44,247 nucleotides of DNA from a virus (IMGVR_UViG_3300020045_006119:1-44247), one strand, 5' to 3'. Shown: positions 32,560 to 41,970, counted from the first letter of the stretch. Notes: generated by a model not told the origin, from the sequence alone. Translations and numbers: made by a program.

Positions 32560-34320
32560 CTAATCCTCTTGTAACTCAATATCGGTAATTTTCGTAAACC
32601 TACCATCTTTTTTATAACGCACCCCGATAATTGGCTTACACGCCATATCATAACTACGGTTCAAAATGTCAGCGACGGTAGATACTTCGGCTGTTTCAAA
32701 TGTTTTTAAGTTACTGTAAAAGTCACGTTCGTCATAAAAAAAGCCTTTCAGCATTTCAATGTTGTGCGCCCGCCATCCTGATTTATCTGCACGGATTTGA
32801 AACCAATGATTACCTAAATGCTCATCGTTGTTAAAAAAACGTATCTTTAACGATTTACCACCCTTTGCTGAAACGTGTTCGATAAAATCCCACGTCGTTA
32901 CAGGCGAGTAATAATCCATTTCTTCCTGTTGATGCTGAAGCAATGGCACAGCTTCGGACAGTGGAGTGTATTTGTCGTTACCACCGACAATATAAAAATC
33001 TTCGCCGCATTCAATACAGTGGGTGGCAGTGAGTAAATTATGCGTGTTGCACTTAATCTCTATGCCCTCAATTTCTTTGATTGCTTGACACTGTTTTGTC
33101 GGGCATTCGCCATTACCGCTTGCCTTAATAATTGGATTATCAATTGCGCCTAAACGGGCTATGTTTGTACCAAAATCAGACACGATAAAATCCTTTTTAC
33201 CATCAGCGGTTCGGAAGCCACGCCCGACAGTCTGCTTTAACTTGCTGTTGCTCATTGTGGCGTACAGCAATACCACATGGTCAATATCACGAACATTGAC
33301 CCCAGCAACAAACATTCCAACATTGACTAGATAACGAGGATTGTCATAGTCGATAGGCTCAGAAAACCATGCCAGTGATTCACTTCTATCTGTCAGCGGT
33401 CTTCCTGTTTCGTCTATTTCTTCAAAATCATCGTAGTTTTTAGACACAACCAACGCGCATTTAATACGGTGGCTGTGTAACTCATGTACGATCAATTCAG
33501 CGTTTTCTATGGTACTAGCAAAGATGATAGTTTTACCGCGTTGACAATCAAAATTTGTGTTGATAATTTCCTGTATTGCGCTGGGAATAATGGCGCGTAA
33601 TGCTTCGCCCTCGTCGGCGGTTTTAAAATCGCCATTGCTTGCCAGCTTGCAATTTGACACATCGGCATTAATAACCGTGTGGCGTGTTACTGGCATTGAC
33701 AGATAGCCATCACTTATAAGTTTAGCGGTGTCTGTTTTATAGCAAATGTCGGTAAAGAATGGCGGCGTTGGTTCTGTATCGCCACGCTTAACAACTGCCC
33801 AAAATAACCAGCCTTGCTTTAGTCGGTACGGCGTTGCCGTCAAACCTACAACTCTACAGCGTGGGTTTTTAATCAGTAAATCGTTAAGCGTGCGCTGGTA
33901 TTGCGTATCATCGTAGACACTGATTAAATGGCATTCATCAATGATTATCAAGTCAAACGCGCGTAAATACTGCAATCTGTTGGCTACTGTCTGAATTGAT
34001 GCAAAAACAACCTGGCCGCTTAAGTCATAACTTTTCAAACCAGCACAGCAAATGCTTAAATCAACATGACCATCAACACAATCAATCATTGCTTGACTGT
34101 TTTGGCTAACAAGCGTTTCACTGTGCGTTAGGTGTAAAACCCTACGTTTCCAGTTCACCGCGTCAACGGATAAATCAACCAGCACGATTGATTTACCCGA
34201 TCCTGTTTCCATTTCAATAATCGGCTTGGCGTTCCTGTCTTCTTTAAACCGCGCATAACACGCGGTTTTAGCTTCTGTCTGGTAATAATGCGGTGTGATG
34301 GTTGGTTTAAATTTGAGCAT
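32560..34320 (-). CDS. Superfamily 2 DExH helicase (RadD/YejH-like) with zinc finger
   Basis: TGSGKS, IIDECH, GLTATPYR and Q.VGRG.R motifs; C-terminal Cys pairs. Confidence 0.9.
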   Translation of the reverse strand: MLKFKPTITPHYYQTEAKTACYARFKEDRNAKPIIEMETGSGKSIVLVDLSVDAVNWKRRVLHLTHSETLVSQNSQAMIDCVDGHVDLSICCAGLKSYDLSGQVVFASIQTVANRLQYLRAFDLIIIDECHLISVYDDTQYQRTLNDLLIKNPRCRVVGLTATPYRLKQGWLFWAVVKRGDTEPTPPFFTDICYKTDTAKLISDGYLSMPVTRHTVINADVSNCKLASNGDFKTADEGEALRAIIPSAIQEIINTNFDCQRGKTIIFASTIENAELIVHELHSHRIKCALVVSKNYDDFEEIDETGRPLTDRSESLAWFSEPIDYDNPRYLVNVGMFVAGVNVRDIDHVVLLYATMSNSKLKQTVGRGFRTADGKKDFIVSDFGTNIARLGAIDNPIIKASGNGECPTKQCQAIKEIEGIEIKCNTHNLLTATHCIECGEDFYIVGGNDKYTPLSEAVPLLQHQQEEMDYYSPVTTWDFIEHVSAKGGKSLKIRFFNNDEHLGNHWFQIRADKSGWRAHNIEMLKGFFYDERDFYSNLKTFETAEVSTVADILNRSYDMACKPIIGVRYKKDGRFTKITDIELQED

Positions 34321-34820
34321 TATTTAATCCTCAGGTGTTCACCCTGCACAACTTCACAACCAGCCACAGGAGTTCCCGTAATAATCAATGATTTAATCAT
34401 TGCCTTATCAGTTTGGATTGTTACGACTTCGTGCTTAAAGTCATCTGGTATTTTCGACTCATCAAAAACATTAAACGCTTTTGGTGACGCTTGCACATTG
34501 ACAGTTAGCCAAGGACTTTTAACCTGTTTTTTACCTACTTTCTGCATATTATGCAGTAGATAATCTTTTATGCCGTCAGCGCGATTTTCTATCGCTTTTT
34601 GACGTGCCAACATAGGAGCTATTGCCGCTTTTATCGCGTCAGCTTCTGCTTGCATTGACTTGATAACGCACGCGGTTTGGATGACCTTATCATCAAAATC
34701 AAGCTCGATAGATTCAAGCGTGTCAGCGATTAAATCCGCGTTGAATGATTGCTCTGGATCCGTGAACAGGTCGAGAGCTGAGGTATAAGCGTCGGTTAAT
34801 TCGTAAAGTTTAATGCTCAT
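34320..34820 (-). CDS. Siphovirus Gp157-family protein
   Basis: LYEL...DTLESI...K...IP..F...DK..IK...G..V.G......LRIK pattern; SD GGAG before ATG 34820. Confidence 0.85.
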   Translation of the reverse strand: MSIKLYELTDAYTSALDLFTDPEQSFNADLIADTLESIELDFDDKVIQTACVIKSMQAEADAIKAAIAPMLARQKAIENRADGIKDYLLHNMQKVGKKQVKSPWLTVNVQASPKAFNVFDESKIPDDFKHEVVTIQTDKAMIKSLIITGTPVAGCEVVQGEHLRIK

Positions 34821-34879
34821 GTCTTTCTCCAAAAAATTATTATTGTGGGTTGTGCCATCCTTGGCGTTGCGATTACTGA

Positions 34880-35404
34880 TTAATATGGCACATCATCATC
34901 ATAAGGCGCATTCACATCATGACTATCAATTTCAGGCAGTGGCGGCTCTTCGCTTGCCGATGCTTTGGGCATAATCCACGATTTAACAACGTTTTGTTTT
35001 TGGTCGGGATTTTGCCAGTGGTCACGCACGATAATATGAGCTTGCGGCGTTTTACCTTTTAAGTCTTTAGGTTCGACAATTTCACCAGCTGCGTTTAATG
35101 CGTAACCGCTTGCAGCATCAATGGTGAATCCCATTGCTTTGCACATAACCCCGAAGTCTTCAACACCCATGCGCCGTACCGCATCATCGGCATGGAAAAG
35201 ATTAAAATTGTGTACCAACTCGCCTGTTTTACCACCGACTTTAAACTGAAAACTGCACAGTAATCCTTTTACATTAGCTTGTGATATTTCATGTTCTTTA
35301 TTGCGCAGCGTATAAGCCGCGCTTATGCAGACCAGTTTATATTGACCTTCTGGCATAACTGGGGCGGCTTTTGGACGTGTATCAAGCTTGAGAAATGATG
35401 ACAT
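34880..35404 (-). CDS. Single-stranded DNA-binding protein (DUF669-like)
   Basis: P.G.Y N-terminus; acidic tail DDDVPY; next to the Sak4-like ATPase. Confidence 0.75.
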   Translation of the reverse strand: MSSFLKLDTRPKAAPVMPEGQYKLVCISAAYTLRNKEHEISQANVKGLLCSFQFKVGGKTGELVHNFNLFHADDAVRRMGVEDFGVMCKAMGFTIDAASGYALNAAGEIVEPKDLKGKTPQAHIIVRDHWQNPDQKQNVVKSWIMPKASASEEPPLPEIDSHDVNAPYDDDVPY

Positions 35405-35415
35405 GGTTTTATTCC

Positions 35416-36252
35416 TTATTTCATTAAATTAAAAATTGCTTGGCAATCTGCCGCGCCGTTTAGTTCGTACATAAATTCCATGCCCTCAGGATTAGAATTT
35501 TTAGCAAAAAAAGCACTACGAGATTCCGTAAATAAACAGCGTGCTACCTCTGTATTAATGTCGGTGGCTTTTGTTACTGTCTTTCGAGCCTTGCCAACGC
35601 CCGTTGTAACATCTACTGTCACAGTTTCACGCTTCATAAAAAATACAAAATCTGCCCACTGCATTACCTGTTTTTCAGCACTTAGGTTTTTTTGGTCAAA
35701 CAGATTCAACGCCCAAATGTCGTAGTCTTCACCAGCTATCGGGCTTTTGTGTGTTTTAACGACAGCATGAGCCAATAAAATAATGTTCATGCCGCGCTTT
35801 TCAGCAATGCGATCAAGCGTAGATAAAAACCATGTCCACAATTCAATGACATAGCTATAGCCAAGGTTATAACCAAAATCTTCTAGTGATTTAGCCGCGC
35901 TACCGTCTTGCTTTGTGCGAGACTTTAAAATGTGGCTTTTGAAAATATCAGCAATACCAGACAGACCATCAATAACCAGTGTTTTGTAGTCGTGTTCAGT
36001 GGTTTCTAATAAATGGAATTGTTCAACAAGCGAACTAATATCATTATTAGTAGAACCGCGAAAACTTGTTACTAATGGCAACATTGCGCAATCAACTGGT
36101 AAATAACGGTGTCTGTCTTCGGTGCGCAAAAAGACAGGGTTTTCGGCATGAGCGGCTAAATAGGTTTTACCAACACCAGGAGCAGAATAAAAAACCGCTT
36201 TGAAGTGGCGAACAGGTTTTTTAACCTGTAAAAAATCGTTTAAATTAGCCAT
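35416..36252 (-). CDS. Sak4-like (AAA_24) single-strand annealing ATPase
   Basis: Y..PGVGKT, TLVID, GY..GY, LAH, WAD.V.F and AKN motifs. Confidence 0.88.
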   Translation of the reverse strand: MANLNDFLQVKKPVRHFKAVFYSAPGVGKTYLAAHAENPVFLRTEDRHRYLPVDCAMLPLVTSFRGSTNNDISSLVEQFHLLETTEHDYKTLVIDGLSGIADIFKSHILKSRTKQDGSAAKSLEDFGYNLGYSYVIELWTWFLSTLDRIAEKRGMNIILLAHAVVKTHKSPIAGEDYDIWALNLFDQKNLSAEKQVMQWADFVFFMKRETVTVDVTTGVGKARKTVTKATDINTEVARCLFTESRSAFFAKNSNPEGMEFMYELNGAADCQAIFNLMK

Positions 36253-36409
36253 GACACACACCATCTAATCTTTGTTCTGTTGAATACTGAATGCCGTACC
36301 CTATCAAGTAAACAGGGTTTATTGATTTTGCTGGTAAACCCTGTTTACAATCGGATATGCCGCGTTTAAACATGATTAGTTTCGTGTTCGTCTTTTTGTT
36401 GTTGTTCAT
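36245..36409 (-). CDS. Hypothetical protein
   Basis: SD AAGGTG; F.RG..DC..G......Y..GY..QY..EQ motif. Confidence 0.6.
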   Translation of the reverse strand: MNNNKKTNTKLIMFKRGISDCKQGLPAKSINPVYLIGYGIQYSTEQRLDGVCHG

Positions 36410-36578
36410 TTGTTTCACCTTTCGCCGTAGCGCGGACAGTTTCGTTTTCATACATTGCAATAACGGCTTTTTCAAGCCATTCACCTAGTTTTTCACCGCG
36501 CATAATTACATGGGCGCGGATTTTTTGCCGTGTTTCAGGGCTTGTTTTAATGTTGCCCATTGAGACCAAATTAGCCAT
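36366..36578 (-). CDS. Small ribbon-helix-helix-like regulator
   Basis: SD AAGGAGG; NIK.SPETRQKIR.....G.KLGEWLEKAV; first gene of the leftward replication operon. Confidence 0.6.
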   Translation of the reverse strand: MANLVSMGNIKTSPETRQKIRAHVIMRGEKLGEWLEKAVIAMYENETVRATAKGETNEQQQKDEHETNHV

Positions 36579-36695
36579 TTGTGAACCTCCTTTTTTCTAA
36601 GTTCCCGTGTAGTTTAACAGGATGAATTAATAAATCAATAGTTTTTTATATTTTTATTTATGTTATTATGTGCGCTCACACAATGGAGAAAAGTA

Positions 36696-38969
36696 ATGAT
36701 TGAACTAAACGAAAAACAACAACAGGCAGTTGACTATATAGAGTCAGCAAGTTTTAAAAGTTTCTTTGGCATCTTTGGCGCGGGTGGCACGGGTAAGGCT
36801 CAACCGCTAGATGAGCTAGTCCTTACGCCAAAAGGTTTTGTAAATATGGGTAGCATAGAGAAAGGAGATTTTGTTATTTCAGAAAATGGTAATGCAATAA
36901 AAGTGCTAGATACTTTTAGTCATCAAAATCTTGAGATGTATGAAATAACTTTTTCTGATGGGGTAAATGTAAAATGCTGTAAAGACCATCTTTGGCAGGT
37001 TCAAACTAAAAAACTTAGGCTAAACAATAAGTTTAAAGTGATGGACACTACTAGCATGATTCCCTTTATCAACAAAGAAAAGAAAACGGATAAGGTAGGG
37101 CATTATTATTGTGTTCAGCTAAACAAGCCTGTTATTTTTTGCGAAAAAGAGCAAAAAATAAGCCCTTGGACGTTTGGGTACATTTTAGGAAATGGATGCA
37201 GTCAACATAATTCATTGGTTACATCAATCGGAAACAATGATATTGACTATGTGTTATCTATGTTTTCAGAAAATGAGATATTAAGCTCATCGGTCAAGAC
37301 TGATAATGTAGGAATTGTTGCATTGCAGTATGACCTTAGAAAGTATTATGAAAATAATTTAAAATTATCACGGGTTAAATCAGTTGATAAATGGATTCCA
37401 GAAAATTATTTAATGGGATCCATTGAACAGCGAAAAATGCTTTTAGCTGGATTGGTAGATAGTGATGGCTGTTGCACTAACAATAGAGCAAGATTTTCAA
37501 CATCTAGCGTAAAACTTGCGAATGATTTTTTATTTTTAGTGCGTTCTTTAGGCGGGAAAGCGAAGATAACAGCAAGTGACAGAGGAGGTCGATATATAAA
37601 TACAGAGTACAACATACAGTTTAGAACCCCTTTCAATCCGTTTTTAATGCCAAGAAAAGCAAACAATTACACAGTTCGAGCAAATGACATTAATGCTGTA
37701 AAGCATATTACCAGCATTAAAAAAATAGATGATATGGATGGAAAATGCTTATTAGTTGACTCAGATAGCCATTTGTATTTAACAAATGGCTTTACAGTAA
37801 CCCACAACACTACCGCTATCAAGTCAATCGGCAGCCGTTTCCGCGTGGCTTTTACCGCACCGACCAACAAAGCCGCAAAGGTAATGCGTGACAGTGGATG
37901 TCCAGTCGATGCAACGATGACCATTTATAGTTTTTTAGGGCTTACTGTCAATGAGGCTACTGGCAAGGTGACAATAGATAAAAAAGGACGCTGTAAATCT
38001 GGCGATTATGACGTTTTAATCGTTGATGAATGCAGTATGCTTAATGATGATATTTGCGACCGCTTGCGACAACTGGGACACATTAAGATAGTGTTAATGG
38101 GCGATCATGCACAGCTACCTCCACCGAAAGCAACACACAGCCCTATTTTTAAAATCATCGGCGATAATCACATCGTTTTAACCGAGCAAATGCGGCAGAA
38201 AAACGCGGAAAACCCTATCCATAAATTATTAACAGCTATGCGCACGGCGATAGATACAGACGACAGTAGCAGAATTAACTTTGCCGATTTTAAAGCGCAG
38301 GTTCGGGACGATGAAAAAGGGCTTAATGTTGGCGTAGTAACGGCAAACAACGGCAAACAATGGGAGAAATGGCTAATTAGTGCCTTTACTGACAAACGCG
38401 GTTTTGAAACGTTGGCAGTCGCGTACAGTAATAGACGCGTCGATGAAATTAACGCGCTGATCCATGCGAGTATTTATCCCAATTCAGAAACGTATTGCGT
38501 CGGGGAAAATTTAACGTTTCAGGCTGCAAAAAAGAGCGGAACTGGCATAGAGATTACGGCGCAAAACGGCGATGTTATAAAGGTAAAATCAGCAGTTAAG
38601 AAACAGGAGCTTGTGAAGATTGGAACTTATAAAGTTATGATTGAATCGTTGTTAATCAATGGTGAATATCTGACACCGTGTGACCGTAACCAATTTAATA
38701 ATTGGCTGGAAATGTTGAAAACAGACCTTAATAATCCGCGCGTAACGGCTGGGTATTCGTGGGGTGAATTGTATTTGTTGCGTGATAGGTTTGCTGATTT
38801 GCGTCATTCATATTGCTCTACTGTACATAAAGCACAGGGGTCAACAGTAGACAATGTTTTTGTAGATATGATTGACGTGTACAGAATGCCAGAACCGATT
38901 GATATTATAAACCGCTGTGTCTATACGGCACTATCGAGGGCTAAATATAACGCCATTATTTTGTCATAG
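36696..38969 (+). CDS. Dda/RecD-like superfamily 1B helicase interrupted by an intein
   Basis: GAGGTGK/TT Walker A split by the intein; APTNKAA, VDECSM, GD..QLPP, LTEQMRQ, TVHKAQGST and YTALSRA motifs. Confidence 0.92.
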   Translation: MIELNEKQQQAVDYIESASFKSFFGIFGAGGTGKAQPLDELVLTPKGFVNMGSIEKGDFVISENGNAIKVLDTFSHQNLEMYEITFSDGVNVKCCKDHLWQVQTKKLRLNNKFKVMDTTSMIPFINKEKKTDKVGHYYCVQLNKPVIFCEKEQKISPWTFGYILGNGCSQHNSLVTSIGNNDIDYVLSMFSENEILSSSVKTDNVGIVALQYDLRKYYENNLKLSRVKSVDKWIPENYLMGSIEQRKMLLAGLVDSDGCCTNNRARFSTSSVKLANDFLFLVRSLGGKAKITASDRGGRYINTEYNIQFRTPFNPFLMPRKANNYTVRANDINAVKHITSIKKIDDMDGKCLLVDSDSHLYLTNGFTVTHNTTAIKSIGSRFRVAFTAPTNKAAKVMRDSGCPVDATMTIYSFLGLTVNEATGKVTIDKKGRCKSGDYDVLIVDECSMLNDDICDRLRQLGHIKIVLMGDHAQLPPPKATHSPIFKIIGDNHIVLTEQMRQKNAENPIHKLLTAMRTAIDTDDSSRINFADFKAQVRDDEKGLNVGVVTANNGKQWEKWLISAFTDKRGFETLAVAYSNRRVDEINALIHASIYPNSETYCVGENLTFQAAKKSGTGIEITAQNGDVIKVKSAVKKQELVKIGTYKVMIESLLINGEYLTPCDRNQFNNWLEMLKTDLNNPRVTAGYSWGELYLLRDRFADLRHSYCSTVHKAQGSTVDNVFVDMIDVYRMPEPIDIINRCVYTALSRAKYNAIILS
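36798..37808 (+). mobile_element. Class 3 intein (337 aa) with LAGLIDADG endonuclease domain
   Basis: Starts AQP; block B HLW; block F Cys (GKCLLV); ends VTHN followed by +1 Thr; LAGLVDSDG motif. Confidence 0.9.
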
Positions 38970-38980
38970 TGCCATATAAT

Positions 38981-39048
38981 AAAAAACCCAGACAGCCACC
39001 ACGCTTATCTGGGTTTCATTTCCACTCAACTCAATAGAGATTTTAGCA
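38981..39048 (-). ncRNA. Putative antisense RNA over the primase translation-initiation region
   Basis: Minus-strand TGCTAAAAT (39048-39040), then terminator AAACCCAGA...TCTGGGTTTTTT (39016-38981). Confidence 0.45.
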
Positions 39049-41273
39049 TGAAATGCGCATTAGTACACAGTATTACATCACCAGACAATTTTAAGATAAT
39101 CAGCATCAATGAAGTTTTGAACGACATAAAAACGGAACGCTATAAAACAGTCATTGAAGCCTTGCCACCATCCAGCGACAAGAAAGCATACACGGAAGCA
39201 AAACGCCACTTGCCAAGCTGGGCATTAAATGGCGAGTTTGGCGGCAAGGTAATAAACAGCGGGTTCACAGAAAGCAACGGCTTATTCCACATCGACATTG
39301 ACGGACTAAGCGATCCGAAAGCGGTTAAATGGCAATTGGCACATGACATTCCAGAAATTTACGCATTGTGGCTTAGTCCATCAGGGAACGGGTTAAAAGG
39401 ACTGTTACGCATTCCAGACGATTTTATTCAAAACGACAGCGATTTTAAGAAAGCATTTGCTCAGATTGAAAAGTATCTCTCTGCCTATGATGTGACGATA
39501 GATAAAGCGTGTAAGGATGTGCGGCGTTTGTGTTTTGTCGGTTGCGATGCTGATATTTTTATCAATACGGATGTACCTGCTTTTATATTCGATACTGTCC
39601 AGTGGGATTTTAAGCCCGACATTCGCGCCCCGCTTTCCGTTAAAACTTCAATTAGCAATCATGCAGATAGATACATAGCACGCTGTTGTGATTTGATTCT
39701 AAACGCTGGACAGGGAAATTATCACAATAGCCGTCTTCGTGCGGGGAAACTGGCAGGCGGTTTTATTGCCGCTGGATTGATAAACGAGAATGAAGTAATG
39801 CAAGCGTTAAGCGATGCAAGCGATATTATCAGCTCACAGTGCGGCGATAATGAGCAAGTGATACAACGGGAACAAAAGACTATTTATGACGCGATACAGC
39901 ACGGCAAAGGGCTACCAGTTGAGCAGGAACAATATAGGCAGGTATCGGCTGGACAAACGGTGGCAGAGAGTAAGGTAGTCTATCCTGATTTTGAAGCACC
40001 ACGCGCAGCGACGGTGGAGGAAATAGAACAGCACGACTTTGATTATGAACCAGAACCACGCGCCACATTCGACAATCCAGCGTTACCAATTAAGCATTTA
40101 GCCGCTATTTGTGACTATATTAATGCGCCAATTTATTATTATTCGCCAAAAGCCACACAACATGCCGCAATAGCTTTTATCTGTCATGTTGTTAGCCGCC
40201 GTTTTGTCAGTGATGGCGGGGATAAATGCTCGTTGATGATAGGAAATGTGGGTTCATCGGTAAGTCAGTTGGCAGACATCAACAACAGCATTGAAGCATT
40301 ATTTTGTGAACTTGGCATGGATGAAGACATACGCCTAGACCGCATGACGCACATAGACCTAACTGCGCATTATGCTAATGAAGCGACATCGGGTAAATTG
40401 CTGTACTTACCGCCTGACCTTGGCGCAATGACACGCGCCAGCCAAAAGCAGACCTCAATGGCTATGGATGGTTTCCTATCTGAGATTATGCAATTCCATG
40501 ATAAAGAGCGGCACACGTTCAGAACCGCAAAGGCACGGGTTAAAGTCGATAATCCATGTATTAACCTTTATGCCAATTTTGACGATACCGACCTGTTTAC
40601 ATTCGGCAAAACGTCAAACAATGACGGGCTGTTTAATCTGTTTTTGACCCAACAGAATGACAGCAAGGATTTTATATTCAATGCAAAAAAACATAAGCCG
40701 CTAACTAATACTGATGGATTTACAGGTTTGCGCGATCACATCAATAAATTAACCGACAAGTCAGCAAGTCTATTGCCAGCGGTAAAAACGCCTAACGCTA
40801 ATGCCGCCACAGTTGTTCCGTGGTCGATTAATCCGACTAGTTACGCGGACAAGCTAAAAAACGCCGCTGGGAGCGGTAAAGCGTGCGGGCGGGTAATGCG
40901 TCAGTTTGTGAACTTGGCGACCGTGGTGGCGGCATGGAACGGCGAAAATGCGGTAACTGAGTCGTTAGCTAATCTTTGCTGTGAGTATGTGTGTCATAGA
41001 GTAAGCGAGATGCAGGAAGCCATTAAAAAACGCGCCACAGATGATATTGCGCCTGATGTTATGAGTCGGGTGCTGTCTGTGATTCATCGGGCTGGGATTG
41101 ATGGTATTTTCGAATCAAGGCTAATGCAGTCATGCGCAGGGTTTAAGCGTTTAAACGATACGGAACGCGACGACATGATACGGTCGCTACTGAAAAATAA
41201 AGAGATTACTGTGACAGACCGCACGAAAGATAAGGGTGCGGGTAAAAAGGGGCGTAAGTTTTTCATTCGATGA
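39048..41273 (+). CDS. Primase (VirE-N/BT4734-like AEP) fused to a DUF3987-like domain and a C-terminal putative winged helix
   Basis: HIDID, SPSGNGLK and D.ACKD..RLCF motifs; V.NP...L motif in the C-terminal half. Confidence 0.82.
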   Translation: MKCALVHSITSPDNFKIISINEVLNDIKTERYKTVIEALPPSSDKKAYTEAKRHLPSWALNGEFGGKVINSGFTESNGLFHIDIDGLSDPKAVKWQLAHDIPEIYALWLSPSGNGLKGLLRIPDDFIQNDSDFKKAFAQIEKYLSAYDVTIDKACKDVRRLCFVGCDADIFINTDVPAFIFDTVQWDFKPDIRAPLSVKTSISNHADRYIARCCDLILNAGQGNYHNSRLRAGKLAGGFIAAGLINENEVMQALSDASDIISSQCGDNEQVIQREQKTIYDAIQHGKGLPVEQEQYRQVSAGQTVAESKVVYPDFEAPRAATVEEIEQHDFDYEPEPRATFDNPALPIKHLAAICDYINAPIYYYSPKATQHAAIAFICHVVSRRFVSDGGDKCSLMIGNVGSSVSQLADINNSIEALFCELGMDEDIRLDRMTHIDLTAHYANEATSGKLLYLPPDLGAMTRASQKQTSMAMDGFLSEIMQFHDKERHTFRTAKARVKVDNPCINLYANFDDTDLFTFGKTSNNDGLFNLFLTQQNDSKDFIFNAKKHKPLTNTDGFTGLRDHINKLTDKSASLLPAVKTPNANAATVVPWSINPTSYADKLKNAAGSGKACGRVMRQFVNLATVVAAWNGENAVTESLANLCCEYVCHRVSEMQEAIKKRATDDIAPDVMSRVLSVIHRAGIDGIFESRLMQSCAGFKRLNDTERDDMIRSLLKNKEITVTDRTKDKGAGKKGRKFFIR

Positions 41274-41283
41274 TGCCGTTTAG

Positions 41284-41395
41284 TGTTATAATGTACCCGT
41301 CTTAAAAATACGGCGGACGAGGTCACATTTTTAAGGCATAAAACCTTAGCCCGTGCTATTTGCGTACTCGTCCTACGCAGATACACGGGTTTTTT
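41284..41395 (+). promoter_or_regulatory. Promoter plus kissing-loop attenuator leader (copy B)
   Basis: TGTTATAAT; hairpin with GGACGAG (41315-41321); terminator hairpin with loop CTCGTCC (41367-41373) and T6. Confidence 0.68.
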
Positions 41396-41416
41396 ATTGC
41401 TTAAAGGAAATTTAAA

Positions 41417-41956
41417 ATGAACAACTTAGTAACAGTGAACAATGGTGTGGCATCAACAAATAGTCTTTTGATAGCTGAATTGTTTGATAGACCTCATGAC
41501 AATGTTCTAAAGTCGCTTGATAAATTAAGCACTGCCGTAGGATTTAACGCCAGTGCTTATATTGATAACTCAGGAAAACCGAATAGAATGTATGTCTTAA
41601 CAGAAAGACAGGCATTAATAGCGATGCCGTTTATCGGAGGGCTGAAATCAATTGATGGTCAAATAATGCTTGTAGATGCTTTTTTGACGTTGAGAGACGT
41701 TCAGCAAGACAAACCGCGTGTAATATCAAGCAATACAGGCAATACACTTGCTGATATTGCCGAAATAACACATTCGGCAATTGCATCATTTGGTGATTCA
41801 GGATGTACTATGGACGACCTTATATTTTCGTTTGATATTTTCAGAAAACAAACAAAGTCAAATAGAGAATTAATTATAAATCAATTGCTTAAGTCACAAA
41901 AAATCAGAAGAAATGGTAATTATGGCAACAGTTTAATGTTTGCTTTCATCGGTTAA
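41417..41956 (+). CDS. rha: Rha-family regulatory protein with a primase-like C-terminal domain
   Basis: SL.IAE.F...H.NVL....F....Y.D..GK...MY.LT Rha motif; SD AAGGA. Confidence 0.85.
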   Translation: MNNLVTVNNGVASTNSLLIAELFDRPHDNVLKSLDKLSTAVGFNASAYIDNSGKPNRMYVLTERQALIAMPFIGGLKSIDGQIMLVDAFLTLRDVQQDKPRVISSNTGNTLADIAEITHSAIASFGDSGCTMDDLIFSFDIFRKQTKSNRELIINQLLKSQKIRRNGNYGNSLMFAFIG

Positions 41957-41970
41957 TTTCCATTCGATAG

